A stretch of 62,870 nucleotides of DNA, filler included, from Jimgerdemannia flammicorona (GCA_003990765.1; 2 parts of 2 records of this genome joined end to end with filler, not necessarily neighbours in it); one strand, 5' to 3'. Numbered from the whole stretch's first letter, positions 1 to 14,823 are shown. Notes: a model not told the origin generated them from the sequence alone. Numbers and translations are program-made.

Positions 1-24
1 AAAAAAAAAAAAAAAAAAAAAAAA
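1..24 (+). repeat. poly(A) run, probably the 3' tail of a non-LTR retroelement lying outside the window
   Basis: 24 A residues abutting a Gypsy relic; the other long A/T runs in this window are LINE/SINE tails. Confidence 0.55.
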
Positions 25-159
25 TCCAAAGGATGTTTGTATTGATTTAATTGAAAGTATACCAAGGAGGGTTACTGTTATATATAAGGCAAAATGGGGC
101 TATACTAAATATTGAAATGATCAATAAACTGATTAGTGACATATCAGGGACAAAATCTT

Positions 160-518
160 ATCAATGGTCAGTTTTTCTAAAAGAGTTATAACTTTAGAAA
201 TAATTATTCATATTTAGCAAAATATACTGTTTAAAAGCTCTAGACTTCCTTTATTATTGGTTAAAATATAGATTTAATAGTATTCATATTTAGACTACAA
301 TATGTTAAGATTTAAAAATAATAAAATATTGATAAGGTTTTGTCTCTCACTATATCTCTGTATCTATATATTTCTATATAGTATCTCTATTAGATAATAG
401 GGTTCTTTGAGAACTTTTTTCTCTAAACAGTATCTCTCAAGAGGTAAAATGGGTACTTTGTGATCAGATGTTCCAAAAAGTAGATAATACTATTGATAGA
501 TAGTAATTCTAGTTTTCA
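160..518 (-). pseudogene. C-terminal part of a Ty3/Gypsy integrase (family A-like), split from the rest by LINE-1 insertion
   Basis: Reverse complement aligns by eye with the integrase tail at ~59040-59400 and continues the minus-strand pol at 6435 across the LINE TSD; left boundary approximate. Confidence 0.7.
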
Positions 519-609
519 CATCCCCTGCACCTTTCACTGGTAACATTCAGATGATACAAGACTCAGATAATACTTTCAATAACATTTTTGGTGAAAGGTG
601 ACTAGTAAC

Positions 610-2632
610 ATGGAGAGCAATGACCATACAGGTATACATACTAGGTTGGGTGGATCTAGGGCCTTCGACTGGCAGCAGGTGGGAAGGGGTTATGGCCTGG
701 GGCTGGGGGCCTTCAGAGGACCAAAGAATGGAGAAGGCTCTGGAGGGGGACTGGTGTCTGGTGGCAATGGGGGAAGATCTGGTCTCCTGAGCTTTGCAGA
801 CAAGGTTAAGGGGAGTGAGTGGCTGGCTGGTAATAGGGCTGGTGCTGCTGAGGAGAAGGGCAAGGTGAGCCTTGGGAGGTGGGGCAGTGCTCCAGCTGGG
901 AGTGCAGGTTAGGGGCTGGCGGTGCTGTGACTAGGAGTGTGACTGTTGATGGGAGCATGACAGGGAATCAGGAAAAAAAAGGAGATGTGATAGCTGATGG
1001 CCAGGTGGGGCAGGAGTTCCTGATGTAGAAGGGGGACCTGGCAGATGGTGTAATGGGGCTGGCAGTGACCCCATTGCTCAAGAAGTTGATCTTGGAGTTT
1101 GCAGTGATCTTGTGCTTCTGGGGCTTAGTGGTGATAGCAAGGATGGTTCTGGGGCTTGTTTCAAAGCAGGTGGCTGGGATAGTCTCAGTGAAGTTCTTAA
1201 AGGGTCTGGAGGGAGTTGAGGTGGGCTTTGAGGAGACTTGTCCTCTGGATGAGGCACTGAAGACTGGAGTCATGGTTGGAGAGGTGGTGGTCTCCATGGT
1301 GTGGTGCTTGAGATGGGACCCCAGGGTAGTGCAGCTTCTAGTGAAGGGGGTGCCTATGGTGACTAAGGAGGAGACTAGGAAGAGGGTGGAGGAGGTGATG
1401 ATTGAGTATGATGATGTGGTGGACATCGGCTTTCAGGTGTGAGAGGGGATGATGATCAGGACAGGGGACATTGATGTCAGAATTCGGCTGGTGAGAAAGG
1501 AGACTACAGGGAAGACAAGTGACTGGCCTTCTGTGCTGATGTGGGGGGTGTTCATCTGTAGGGTATCGAGGGTGAAGAGGAGTAAGGAGGAGGAGGAGGA
1601 CTTGTTGGAGGCACTGGAGGAGATGAGTGGAGCTGTGGAGAGGAGGGCAAGGGCCTGGAAGATGTTTGAGGAGTCGATGCATCTGGAGGTTGTAGAGGGG
1701 AAGTATATCCACATGGACAAGGGGCAGTGGGAGTGGGTGCAGGGGCGCAGGAGGCAGAGGGAGCTACTGGCAAGTATGACAGTCAAGGCAAAGAAGAAGG
1801 CAGTTGGGGCTGAGGTGTCTGGGGGCGTCGAAGCCAGTGTCTGGACTGGTAAAGGGATAGGGGAGGTGGAGGTAGGCAAGGAAGGAGATGGGAAGGTGCT
1901 GAGCAAGGATCCTTTTGCTGATGGCACCTTTGAGGTCTGGGAGCTGGAATTGGACTCCACCCCCCCTCCCTCTGATCAGGAGGGGCCCAGCTGCAAAGAG
2001 AAGAACATCAGAGAATGTGCTGATGAAGGGGGCCCAGCGAGTGCGTTTTGGGGTCCCTGATATAGCAAAAGGGGGCCAGGTGGTGGCAGCTGGCAAGGAT
2101 GAGCTGGTGGATATCACTGAGGAGAAGTGGGATGAGGCAGCCAGTGTGGGTGCTGACACCACAATGTTGGATGTGGGATGGCCAGGGACTCCAGGAGGGA
2201 AGGAGGTGGAAAACTTGCTGTGGATGAGTAAGGTGATGGATAATCTTGCAGCAGATGCATTGGGGGAAGTGGACCTGCGAGTTATGCCTGAGGAGCACTG
2301 GGAGCGGATTCTGCATGGTGAGAGAGTGGTGGAGGTGCTGAGGGGGGAGATTCTTGCAATCCTCTTAAAGGAGGAGAGATATGAGGTCGATGAGGTGAGA
2401 AAGGCTGAGCTGGTGGTGGCTGCAGGTGAGTAGGCAACATACTGCTGAGTGGCATGGGTTGCAGCTCTGGAGGGAGGCCTGTTTGGAGTATCGAGAGGAA
2501 TTTGAGGAGAGGGAAGATGAGGTGATGGTAGAACTTCTGGGAGGGTTGGAGGCACAGGAAGCTGGGGAAAGGGAACTAGCTGCTCAATGTGAATTGGACT
2601 TGGTACAGGAGGAGCTAAATGTGGACTTATAG
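610..2632 (+). pseudogene. LINE ORF1 (gag-like, probable RRM-type nucleic-acid-binding protein), broken by stops/frameshift
   Basis: ORF pieces 598-912, 1053-1442, 1449-2060, 1915-2433, 2426-2632; homologous to the minus-strand pieces at 12959-14648 (e.g. VVDIGF.V....RTGDIDVR.RL). Confidence 0.8.
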
Positions 2633-2663
2633 AGGATGAGATCACTTTTTAACATTATTTCTT

Positions 2664-5600
2664 ATGAACAGTATAACTAATATTTTCTCTTTGAATGTGA
2701 ATGGGTTGAGGGGTTCTGGATGGCATAAGAACATTTTTACTTGGCTCAGGAGATTGGAGGCTGATCTCTTTTTACTACAGAATATTCGGTATGAGAATGA
2801 GGATAATCAGGTGAAGTGGACTAAGAAATGGGGCAGGGCTACTGCTTGGTTTGGAAAAGTGGCGATTCTGGTGAGGAAGGGTAGAGGGGACTTGGAGGGA
2901 ATCAGGAGCTGGGGTGACCAATTGGTCTGGGGAGATTGGCAGCAGCCAGGGTGGGAGTCAGTGAGGGTTGGCTCTTGCTACTGCCCTGCAGTTAGGGGTG
3001 AGAGAATTGCATGGATTGAGGAGCTGCTGGAGGAGGATGTTCTATTGGTGGAAGGGGTCAATGTGATTGGAGGGGACTTTAATATGGTTCGGGATCAGCA
3101 TCTGGACTGTACTGATGGTGGGAGGAGTGCAGGAGGGAGAAGTGGAGGCCTGGATGCATGGGAGGAGGTAGAGAGGCTGAGCTCCTTGGGGGATATGGGT
3201 AGAACACAATGGGGTAACTCTAGGGTCTACACACATTGGGTGAATGGCTTGGGTATAAGGATTGACTGGATTCTGATGGCGGAATGCTGGGGGTTGGATG
3301 TCTGGAAGGTGTTGGAGGTGGAATGGTGCCCATGGTCTGATCACTGGGGACTGCTGGGACAGGGGCAGTTTGGGGTGAGTGGAGATGGACCCAGACATTG
3401 GTGTCTTAACTCCTCCCTGCTGGCTGAGAAGGGGTTGTGGGATTCATGGGTAGAGGACATTCAGGCAAGTGTTTCTTGATGGAAGTGTGAGGGTTTGTCA
3501 GTGGGTGTCCGGTGGTTAAGATTGAAGAGGCTGCAAGGGTCTATTGGGGAGAGGCTAGGAGAGAAGCCAGGAGATGGAGGAGGAAGCGCATGAGGTATGC
3601 TTCCAGTAGGCTGAGGAAATTGCAGATGGATTTGGCAGGTTTGCTTACTTCTGATGGGGTGGAGGATTGGAGGTTAGCATGGATTAAATTGGAGATATTA
3701 GAACTGCAACAGGTGCTGAGAGAAGAGGAGGAGGTGCATATGCAAGGTATGGCTGCTAGGCTATAGTGGCAGGGGCTTGAGGAGGGTGAGCAGCCTACTA
3801 GATATTTATCCCATCTGCTCAATACCAGGAGGGTGAGACATCAGTGGGATGGAGTCCTCAATGCTGATGGGGACATGGTACATGGCATGCAACAAATCCT
3901 AGGGGTTTTGAAAGAGAGATGGCAGGGTTTGTGGAGTGAGGATGAAGGGAGTACTGATGAGATGGATATTGAAGATGCATTAGGGGAATGGAGGCTGCCG
4001 CAAGTGGCTGGGCTGGAGGATTTGGCCTTGCTAGTGTAAGGTAAGAAGGTCCAGAGTGTCCTTGCAGCAACTAAAACTAGAACAGCACCAGGGGAGGATG
4101 GACTACCATGGGACTTCTGGAAGAAGATAGTCAAGGTCTTCAGCATTCTGGGGGAGATGACTGCTCTCTGTAATCATATTCTTCAGAGCAGTGAGTGGGT
4201 GGGAGAGCAGGACCTCAGGCTGGTAGCTTTATTGTACAAAGACAAGGGGAGGAGAGAAGACTGGAAGAACTGGTGACTGATCATGCTTTTAGACATAGAC
4301 AGGAAGATGGTAACTAAGGTGGTTGTTGCAAGGCTGCAGAAGGTTGCCCAACAGGTGCTGGGGGAGGAGCAGTGGGGCTTTGTTGAAGGCAGACTTATTA
4401 GAGATGAGACTGCTTGGGTGTATGGTGTCATTGAAGGGGCCCAGGCTTGTGGCCTGGATGGAAGGCTGGTCTTTTTGGATCAGGAGAAGGCCTATGACTG
4501 GGTCTGGAGGGTTTGGCTGAGCAAGGTGTTGGATCATATTAGTGTTCCTCCTGGATTTCAGGCTTCTATAGTGAATCTGCTTGAGGGCAGTCAGGTGGCG
4601 CTGATGTGTAATGGTCACTGTAGTCAGGCATTTACCTTGAGAAGAGGGGTTCCTCAGGGGGATCCCTTGTCCCCTATTCTTTATGCTCTCTCATTGGAAC
4701 CGTTAATGGATAGGATTCACCAGAAGGTGGTGGGGCTCTCTATCTATGGTATAGTGTGAAAGGTGGGGGCCTTTGCAGATGATATGGTGGTTGGCCTTGG
4801 GTCTGTGGCAGATGTTGAGGCACTTAAGGAGACAGTGGAATGGTATGAGGTTCACTCTGGGGCAAAGCTCAACTAGCATAAGTGTGAGACTATAGTGCTA
4901 GAGAATGGTCTGGTGGGTGAGGACATCATTGGAACAATTGTCCCTACTGGTGAGGTGGTATGGTATCTGGGCATCTTCCTCTCTGTATATGGTTCTGTCT
5001 TACCATAAGTGTGGTGGGAGGGCAGGGTGGCTATTTGGGGGGAGGCCCTTCGAGGTTGGGGAGGCCACCATATCTCTCTAGCAGGGCAGGTATCAATTCT
5101 GAATACATACTGGTTCCCCAAGCTGTGATATGTGGCATATCACCTAGACTTCCCAGCTTGGGTGGTGAAGAGGCTGACAAAGGTGGCTAGGGATTGGATT
5201 TGGGCAGAGAGAAGGTCCCAGATCAGGTGGGATACTCTGGCAACACCAGTGGACAGAGGAGGTCTTGGCCTTGTAGATTTCCCTAAGAGGTTACACTGCT
5301 TGCGAGCCTGGTGGCTGAAGAGAGCAGCTGAACTACAGGGAGGGGGTTGGGTGCTTCTGATGCAGAAGGTGTGGGAGATGAGAACCTCCCCCTGAGGGTC
5401 CTCAGGAGATCTACTCTCTTTGGTAGGGCTCAATGGAATTCGGCAGCTGCGATTTAAGGGCTTTTGGTAGGGAGTGGTCAATGGAGCACACAGAATTGGT
5501 CTGCGCTGGTGAGACAATGAGGGGGAGGTGTTGTGGGGTCCTTATATGTGGCGATGGGATAGACTGCTTCTGGGGAGTACTCCACTTGTTACTTTTGATA

Positions 5601-6280
5601 TTAGGGATGGAGTGGAGTGTCAGCAGGGTCTTGGCCAGGACCTTTGGCTGAGCAGTTGGCAGGTAGTCAGGATTGGTGAAGAGTGGAACTGGGCAGATAT
5701 CTGGTCTTGGAGTGCTGAGGTGTGGCAGTGGCTTCCCCCCAAGTTCTGGGTGGTGTGGTGGCGAATACTACAGAGAAATATCATGTTGAATTTCTGCACC
5801 AGGCATCTGGTGGATGGGGGCTGTTTCAACTGTGAGGAGTATTATAATGTAGGGCAAGTTGGAGGTTTGATGCAAATGCCAGAACATTGGCTGGGGGAGT
5901 GTGAGGTTCTGGGGGACTTTTGGGTTAAAATAGGGAATAGATTGGGTGTGGAGCGCAGGTCAGCAGGTGAAGGGGACTGCTGGGAGGACTTGAGATCTCG
6001 GCTGGTGGGGGGGGTGGGTGATGGTTGGCTCACTGTCAGGTGGGTGTTAGTAGTTTGGGTGGGTCTGGTGGGACATTGGCTATTTGTGTTTGAGGAGAGG
6101 CGGTAGATGAGCCTGCAGGAGAAGGTTGTGAGGTGGAAGGAGCTGTTGGGGGATCTGTTGACTGGATGGTGGATTGGTTGGGGTTCTTCAGGAGGATGGC
6201 GGCATGGTTTGGTAGCAAGGATATGCAAACAGAGTAGTGGGAGGGTGGGGATTGTATTTGATAGAGTAGTGTTTCATTAA
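2664..6280 (+). pseudogene. LINE ORF2: apurinic endonuclease + reverse transcriptase + C-terminal Cys/His (zf-RVT-like) region
   Basis: APE motifs SLNVNGL, GGDFN, RIDW, SDH; RT motifs APGEDG, LDQEKAYD, GVPQGDPLSP, FADD (~4772); CFNC...HWLGEC near 5820-5905; in-frame stops mostly TGA/TAG. Confidence 0.95.
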
Positions 6281-6384
6281 GAAGAGGTAGGAGAGAGGGA
6301 CCCCCCTAGGGAGATTTGATAGGGGGTGGGTCCATTGTATTTTAATAGGATAGATGGGTATAATAAAGGACGAGTCCAAGTGAC

Positions 6385-6434
<50 letters not shown>

Positions 6435-6438
<4 letters not shown>

Positions 6439-9037
6439 TTCTAGTTTTCATAGTTATTACAGATTTTGGTAATGACATTCTTGAGAGTCTTATTAGTCCT
6501 TTCTACTTGTCTATTTCTCTGCAGGTGATAGGCTATAGTCTGAATATACTAGATCTTATACTTCTTATAGAGAATCTCAAAGAACTGGTTCATGAATTCT
6601 GTTTCTCTATCTGTAGTTACTTGTGCTGGAGTCTTGAACTGGCAGATGATTTCTTTGTAGAAGAAATCAGTAATTGACTATGCATTGACTTCTTTAAGGA
6701 GTCTTGCATCTATCCATTTTGTAAAAAGATCTATAATGATAATGATGTATTAGTTGCCAGTCAAAGTCAAGGATAGAGGACTAATTATATCTATTGCAAT
6801 ATATGCAAAGGATACTAATTCTATGTATGCTGATCCTGGAATCTGATTTTATTGATCTTACTTCTGTTTCTGATATCTATTATAGGTTTTGACAAATTGT
6901 CTGATATCTTCTTCCATTTCTGATAACTATATTATTCTTCTTACTTTATCATATATATTTGTTCCCCCTAGATAGCTAAGTTCATATACTGATTTCATTA
7001 CTTGCTCTTTTTTGTGTTCAGATATTACTAGTAGCTTTTCTTTCTTCAGTATTTCTCTATTAGTCTCAAATTGTTTCCATGTTCTGTTGATAATCATTTG
7101 TATTCATTCTTCCAGATATTGGGGCATCTTTTACTGTCCTAGATAGGTAATAATTCCATAGTAGAGTTCTTTATTCATAATTGGTTTACTAGTTGGGGGT
7201 TCTTTGGAATATCTGTAAGAGAGTATCTATATTAGCATTAGTTCTTCTAGAGTAGTACACAATGGTTATATAATAGGCTTGTAGCTTTATGATCTATCTG
7301 ATATAAATTCCTTTAGATTGCTCAGTAGTCAGTAGTCAGGTGAGGGCTGAGTGGTCTGTCTGAATAGTGAAGTATCTTCTTACAAGATAGTAATAGAACT
7401 TTTCTATAGCTCAGATGACTGTAAAACATTTTAGCTTATATAATTCATATTCCTTTTCAGCTCCTTGAGTTCCTCAGCTTAGATATGCAATAATGTACTC
7501 TACTTTATCTTTCTTCTAAGCCAGAACTGCTCTTAGTTCTTGTATACTTGCACCTGTCTACAGGATGAATTCTTGAGTCCAATTGGGTCTTCTGAGGATG
7601 GGTGCTTGGGTCAGCCTGACCTTGAGTTCATTGAATGCTTTTGTTGCCTTGAAACTTAACATTCTTCTAATTGAGTTCATAAATTGGTCCTGTAATGTTG
7701 AAGAATCCCTTGATGAATCTTTGGTAGTATGAGACAAGTTCTATGAAAGCTTGAGCTTTAGTAACAATAGTGGGCCTTGGGTATACTGCTACTGTTTGAA
7801 TCTTGAGAGAGCCTGTATGTGTTCTATCTCAATTGATAATATGACTAAGATAGGAGATCTTAATTTCTGCAAACTTGTACTTCTTGGGCTTAATATAAAG
7901 ATCATGCTTCCTTAGCTTCTCTATCATCTGCTGGATATGCTACAGATATTCTTCAGCTATCTTATTGTAGATAATAATATCATCCACATAAATCATCATC
8001 CATCTTTCCATATTATAGTGAAAGATCTTATTCATTATTCATTGGAAACTTGCTAGTATATTGTATATTCTGAATAGTATTTGTAAGTAGACTTAGGTTT
8101 CATCTAGAGTGATGAAGGCTGATTTTTCACTTACTGCTTCTGTGAGGCTGATTTGATAGAATCTTAAATATAAATCCAGAGTACTATAGTACTGTACTTT
8201 ATCTTCTAAGGTTATAAGAGTGTTACTGATGAGGGGAAGTGATTGATAATCCTTCTTTATAGTTAGGTTGAGCTTCCTATAATTAGTGCAGAGTCTTGGG
8301 GAAAATTCTCCTGGTTTGCTTCCTTTTTTGAGGGCCAATATAACTGATAAAGCCTAGGGGCTGCTGGCTTCTTTAATAATACTGACTTCTTCCATCTGCT
8401 TGATTTTTTCTCAGAGCCATTCATAATAGGCTGGTGGAATTGGCCTTTCTTTTTGATAGATCAGTTCAGTGTCTTCTGTATCTATATCATAATAGTAGTA
8501 TAGAGTCTTTCTCTTAATATCCTTGAAGTCTGTGGCTAGGACATTCTTGAATTCATAGAGTATCTTCTTGAGTTCTTTCTTAAGTGAGAATTTATCTCCA
8601 ATGATATAGCTATACTTGTTTGTGGTTTCCTCCTTCTTGTAATCCAATTTAGTAATCTTGATACTAGTAAATACTTCTTTTTCTATAGATCTGAATTCTT
8701 TCTTTCCTCTTTCCATTTTCTCTAACTTCTTAACCTCTATGATCCTTGGCTGAAAAACTGGGAAGATTAACATTTGTACCAGTCAGTTCTTCTTCTTGAT
8801 TGAGAATAGAATTGTAGGATTGTGGTTCCTAATAATGAGTAGTATTTCTCCAATATAATCTGAATTGATGACTCCTTCTTCAGTAGTAATCTTGCTCTTG
8901 GCCAGGCTACTTCTTATCTTGAGGATTCCAACATTCTTTGAAATGGATATTTCCAGACTAGTTATAAGTAGAATAGTTGTCTGGGGCTCTAGTACAGTCT
9001 CTTCAACTGTGGCAATATCTATTCCAGCTGCATTCTC
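6435..9037 (-). pseudogene. Ty3/Gypsy pol relic (dUTPase-RT-RNase H-integrase), family A-like
   Basis: AAGID / RSSLAK / GVINSDY dUTPase motifs ~8700-9035; RLCTNYRKLN and YVDD (~7980) RT motifs; ORFs 8093-8338 and 8411-8773 match 54470-55414. Confidence 0.92.
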
Positions 9038-12000
9038 TTTTTTTTTTTTTTTTTTTTTTTATAGTCACTTGGACCACCCTTTATTACCGACATCTATAAT
9101 TCTAACAATACAATGTCACCCCCACTCTCAACCAATACCCCATAGACCCAACCCTCCTCTTTCAACCTCTCCCTACCAAAACACCACCTAGTTACCCACT
9201 ACTTAAATTCTCCCACCACTCTTCCAGGAGATATACTGCACAAAATCCCTACAGTACCCCCCACCCAGCCCCCAACCTCACTACCAGCTATTCAAAATGT
9301 CCAATAGCAACCATTCCCAACATGCTACCTTATCCCCAACCCCAACTCGCTGCCTCTCCTCAAAGACATGAACCCAATATCCAGCTAACCTAACCCATAT
9401 GGCCAAAGCCCAACCAAGGGTCAGCCATTCATCTCCAACTCTACCCACCAGTCACTGGCAGAGCTCTCCCCATCTCTCCCCTTCCTCTCCCTCCAAGGCA
9501 CCCAGCCCTACCCAGTTCATAATACATCTCCAAAACTCCTCCAAAACATCGCACTCACCAAGCCAATGTTCAGGCATTTGTACCATGCCTCCCTCCTGAC
9601 CAATGCTAAAACAATTCTCACACTCGAATACTCCACTGGCCACCAAGTACCTAGACCGATAGTTCAACATCACATTCTGCCATAGGACATGCCACCACAC
9701 TATCCAGAACTTGGGAGACAGCCACTGCCTCACTCTTTTGCTCCAAAGCCAGAGTTCATTCCAATCCCACTCCTCACCAATTCCAACCCTCTACCAGGCT
9801 TTGGGCCATAGGTCTCCACCTAGGCCTTGCAGACACTCCAAACCCTCACTAAGCTGAAAGTTCTCCACTGGAACACCACCCAGTAGAAGCCTGTCCCACC
9901 ACCACATCTGTGGTCTCCAATCCTCCTTGGCTTCATCACCTCACCACCAAAGTCTAATTTTCTTAGCGCCATCTACCACTCCCCACCAGAAGCCTGTAAA
10001 CCACATCCACCTGCTCCCATCCATGGCTACCATCGTGAGCAGGTCACCTGAGCCACCATGTGGGGAGTACCAAACCTCCCACAACCTCTACATAAGTGGC
10101 ACCCACTCCCAACCCCTAAGCTCACTCACCCTATGCAACCACTAAGCTCTCAAACATTGAAGCTGCTTAGTAAAGTCCACTAAACCCAGCCCACCTCTTT
10201 CCAAGGGCAGTGTGAGCACCTCTCAACCTACCTGGCTCTGCCACCCTCCCCAGATCCATGACCTTGCCATCTTCAACAGCCCCTTGATCACCCAGGTTGG
10301 GAAATCCAAATGATATCCCACATACCATAGCTTTGGCATCCAATACACATTCAGCACCATCACCCTTCTAGCTAGTGATATATGCCAACCTCCCCATCAT
10401 AGCAGAACATTTCCCCACTCCAGAAGTTTTCAGTCCTACCATGCCCGGGGAAGAAGAGATCTGAACACTGAGAAGTAGATCCCCAAATAATGCACTGGTT
10501 CCCCAGCTAGTACCACTGTCCCAATGACATCGCCACCAACAATTCCAATACCCAGCACCAGAGTCTCGCATTTGTGCCAGTTTAGTTTAGCACCAGAACC
10601 CCTCTCATACTATTCCACAGACCTCTGTAACTCCCCCACATCCACCAAGGAGTCCAGCCCGATCACCATATCATCAGCAAAGGCCCCCACTTTCCAATTA
10701 ATCTCTAAAATGTCCAAACCCCCAATCTGATGCCGAATTCTGTCCAGTAGAGGCTTCAGGGAAAGGGTATACAGTATGGGTGACAAGGGGTCTCCTTGCA
10801 GCACCCCATGTCCCAGGGGAAAGGTCACCCCCCTGTGGCCATTGATGACCAATGCCACCTGACTGTCCTCCAAGAGACTGATCAATGATCCTCGGAACCC
10901 TGGGGGGATACCAATCTATCTCAGCACTCTTTCCAGCCATATCCTCTGCACTCTATCATAAGCCTTCTCTTGGTCTAGAAACACCAATCTGCCATCCACC
11001 CCTGTCACCCGGGCACCTTCAATGACTCCATATACCCAAGCTGTCCCATCTCAAATCAACTGGCCACCGACAAACCCATGCTGCTCCACACCAAGCACCT
11101 GCTGAGCGATTCCTTGCAGTCTCATCACTAAGATCTTCATCACCAGTTTTCGGTCCATGTCGAGAAGCATGATTGGCCGCCAGTTCTTCCAGTCCTCTTG
11201 CCTCCCCTTATTCTTGTAGAGCAAGGAGACTAGCCCTAAGTGCTGTCCCCCAATCCAAGCACCGACTGAAGAACTCCATTACACATAGCAGTCATTTCCT
11301 CTAGCACCTCGCCTACCCCAGCCATCTTCTGCCAAAAATCCTAGAGAAGTCCATCCTCTCCTGGGGCTGTCCCCTTACTCATCGAGGCCACAACTCTGCG
11401 AATTTCCTCACTACTCACTGGGTCTCCTAATGCCCCAAGACCCATCACAGAGTCTGGGTGCCAATCCCCCAGCTGCCTTTCCATATCCAGAGCATCTATT
11501 CCTCCTTCCTCCTCACTCTATAGATTCCCCCATCTGGTTCTCAATAGGCCCAGAATAGCTGGAGTCCCCACCACCAGCTCACCATTTGTGTCCAGAACTC
11601 CCTCCCACTACTGCTTCATTTGTTATACCTGTAACAACTGTGACAAAAACCTAGTAGGCCTCTCCCCCTCCTCAAACCCCTGCCACTACAGTCAGGCCAC
11701 CATTCCCTGCAACTTCACCTCCTCCTCCCTTCATAATACTTCTTTAAGCTCTGCCACCTCCTATCAGATTCTCACAATATACCAGTCAGTCATGTCCCCA
11801 TCTTCCAGCACACCTGTCCATCTCTCCATGAGTGCTGCCAGATGCCACGAGGCCCACAGTACCCTCTATCTTCGCTAGGCACACTTTTCTTTCCCAGCTT
11901 CCCTCCAATACCTCTGAGCATTTGCCTTCAGCCTTCTCCAGCAGTCTCCAATCTCAAGGCCTTGTTCCTACCACCTACCAATATTTCCAACCACCTCCAT

Positions 12001-14823
12001 TTCCTAACCCTCCCACAACCCCCTATTCTCTAACAAGGAAGAATTTAGCCACCAATGTCCAGGCTCATCCTCATTTCCCCCAAACCTCCTCCCTCTAAGC
12101 AGTCCCCAGTGATTAGACCACAGACACCAAACTACTTCCAGTGCTGACCAGACATCTGCTCCCCAACACTCTGCTATCAAAACCCAGTCAATCCTGAAGC
12201 CCAGCCCTGCTGCTCAGTGGGTGTACACCCACCGATCAGCCCAAAAATGTCTTCCCAAGTCCACTAAAGAACTCAACCTCTCTGTCTCCAACCAGTCCCC
12301 CAACCTACTACTTTTGCCCCACACACCTCTCCCTCCATCTGTTCTATCCATCTTCTTATCCCATACTATATTGAAGTCATCCCCCATATAGTCCAGTCCA
12401 ACTTCTCTCAATATACCAGCCTCTTTCAATCTATGAATCCAATCCACCCTCTCCCCTCTCTCAGCTGGGCAGTAGCAAGACCCAACCATCAATAAGTCCC
12501 ATCCAGGCCTCTTCCACACTCCCCACACCACTTGAGACCCCCAATGTCTAATGTCCTCAATGTCCCCCATCCCTTTCCAAATGAGGATACACACTCTCCC
12601 TCTCCATACTGCTACACTCCCCCATTCCTTAGTCCAATCCTGTAAGTCTACATCTGCCTCATAATGAACATCTTGTAACAAGAAGAGGTCTGCATCTAGT
12701 CCCTTAAGCTATCCAAATATATATTTCCTCCTAGCCACCCTCCATAACCCATTAATGTTCAATGAGAATATCCTAGTTGTACTGTTTATATTGAAAAAAT
12801 GTTACAATAGAGACCCCATCCTAGAATTCCATGCTCATCTCATCTTCAGCCAGATCTAAGCACCATTCAGCTTCCAAGTCACCCTCTACATTAGCCTGAG
12901 CATCTAGTGCCTCCAAGATTTCCTAACATTCCACCCTGTCCACTACCTCCATATCTGATCAATAATCCAAGCAGACTGTGCACCACTTCTCTAGTTCCTT
13001 TCTTGAGTTCCATAAGAAGAGTGCCCTGTCACTCGCAATCCTCCTAAGTTCCTCCTCTCTCTGATCATTGACTTGATATTCAACTGACTCCAGGAGAACA
13101 GCCAGGATCTCATTCCTCATCTTCCTTAGCACCTCCTTCCCCTGTAGGATCTCCTCCCAATGCCTTTCTTCCATCACCCTGAAATCCTCACCCCCCAGCT
13201 CTTCAGCCACTACCTCTTCCAGGGTCTTCCACATCCACTTCTCCTCATCCACCGCCTCTACTGCACTCTGAGCAATTTGTCCCCCATCCACCTCAGGGTC
13301 CACCAGCATACTCCTCCACACTGACTCATCCCACTCCTCATCTGGTACATCTAGCAGCTCCTCCTCTCCCTCAGCTCCACCTGGGACACTATACTGAGGG
13401 TGCACACCTTTGCTCATATCTGCATCTGCCTCCATATTGCCTACCCTCTCCATCTCCACTTCCAGCTGAGCCCCACTCTGGGCCCTTTCACCCCCCTCTG
13501 CCTAGGTGCTCTCCAGCAATCCCACACCCCTCTCTTCTGAGCTTCCACTGGCCCTACCCTCATCCAACCTCACCAGCAGCTCCTTCTGTATTTTCCTCCC
13601 CTGCAACTTCTCCTAGGCCCCCTTCTCCATTTGGACCCTCTTCCCATCCACCTCCCCCACCACCATCCTGGCTTCAAACTCCTTCCATGCCAATCTCCTC
13701 CTCATGACCACCCCTTCCAGATCCTCCAGAGCCTCCAACAGGTCTTCCTCCTCCTCCTGGGTCCCCTTCACCCTCATGACCTTGTACTCCACTAGTCTCT
13801 ACCTCAGCATTACTGGCCAGTCCCTCAACTTCCCCATACTCTCCCTCCTAGCCAGCCTCACCCTGACATCGATGTCACCAGTTCGAAGCTCTGTACCCTC
13901 CCAGACCTTGAACCCAATATCTACAATCTCTCCATACTCTCTGATCGCCTCTACAACCAACTCTCTGGTCCTCTCCTTCGACACTATAGGGAGATCCAGC
14001 ACTGTCAACTGCACCACTCGGGGGTCCCAGCATATGCACCTGACCATTGGGATGACAACTCTACCAACTGTCACCCCCTTCTCTAAGGCCACCAGCAAGG
14101 CATCTTCCTCCTCAAACCCCACCTTGACCCCTTCCTTCCTCTTCAAAAACTTCACCAATGCTGCTCCCTTTGCCTCCTGTACTACCAGCCTCAAAATCAT
14201 CCTCACCATCACCACCAAGCCCTGGAAACACATTGTGACTGTGAATTCTGATCTCAACTTCTTGAGTAATGGGGCTGACACCATACCTGTAATCCCATCA
14301 GCCAGGTCCCTGAGCCTCATGCCCACTCCCTATCCTGAATTATCAACTGCCATCACATCTGGATTTTTTTGTCAGATCCCCAGTCACAGCCCCATCACCA
14401 GTCACATCTCCAGCCCCTACTCCCACTCCTCCCCCACCCTCAGTGACTTCCCTGGATGTACCTTCCAGTCCTCCAGCAGCAGCTGTCGATACCTTCCCCA
14501 GGCCCAGCCAACTATCTAGACCTGAGGCCATCTTCTCCATTCTGACCTTGTCAGCAAAGGTCAACCTCTCCCCTCCTCTCTGCCTCAGACCATCCCTCCC
14601 TCCACCACCAGGACCTCGGCTAGCCATCGAGGCCCCTAGTATCCCCAAACCATCTCCCCTTCTTCCTACCTGCTGCCAGCCAAAGGCACCATCTCCCCTC
14701 TGGCCAGTATGCTCACCAGTTCAATCATTGCCATTCATGTCAATAGTCATCAGATACCAAAAATGTAGTAAAAAGTGTTGTCTGAGTCTTATATCACCCA
14801 AATGATACCGGTGAAAGATGATG
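9038..14823 (-). mobile_element. Full-length L1/Tx1-like LINE, copy 2 (related subfamily, degenerate)
   Basis: poly(T) 9038-9060 next to the reverse complement of TCCAAGTGACTAT; 5' end CATCATCTTTCACCGG homologous to the copy-1 start; ORF1 pieces 12959-14648, APE 12214-12789, RT GVLQGDPLSP/FADD 10610-10885; no TSD found. Confidence 0.93.

Larger units (their letters stand above)
519..6434 (+). mobile_element. Full-length L1/Tx1-like LINE, copy 1 (degenerate)
   Basis: 17-bp TSD AGTAATTCTAGTTTTCA at 502-518 and 6434-6450; poly(A) tail ~6388-6434 after TCCAAGTGACTAT; ORF1 plus ORF2 (APE-RT). Confidence 0.95.

Noticed and set aside
968..14805. Many long Ser/Pro/Thr/Leu-rich ORFs antisense to the LINEs
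   Set aside because: By-product of G-rich sense strands; no recognisable domains
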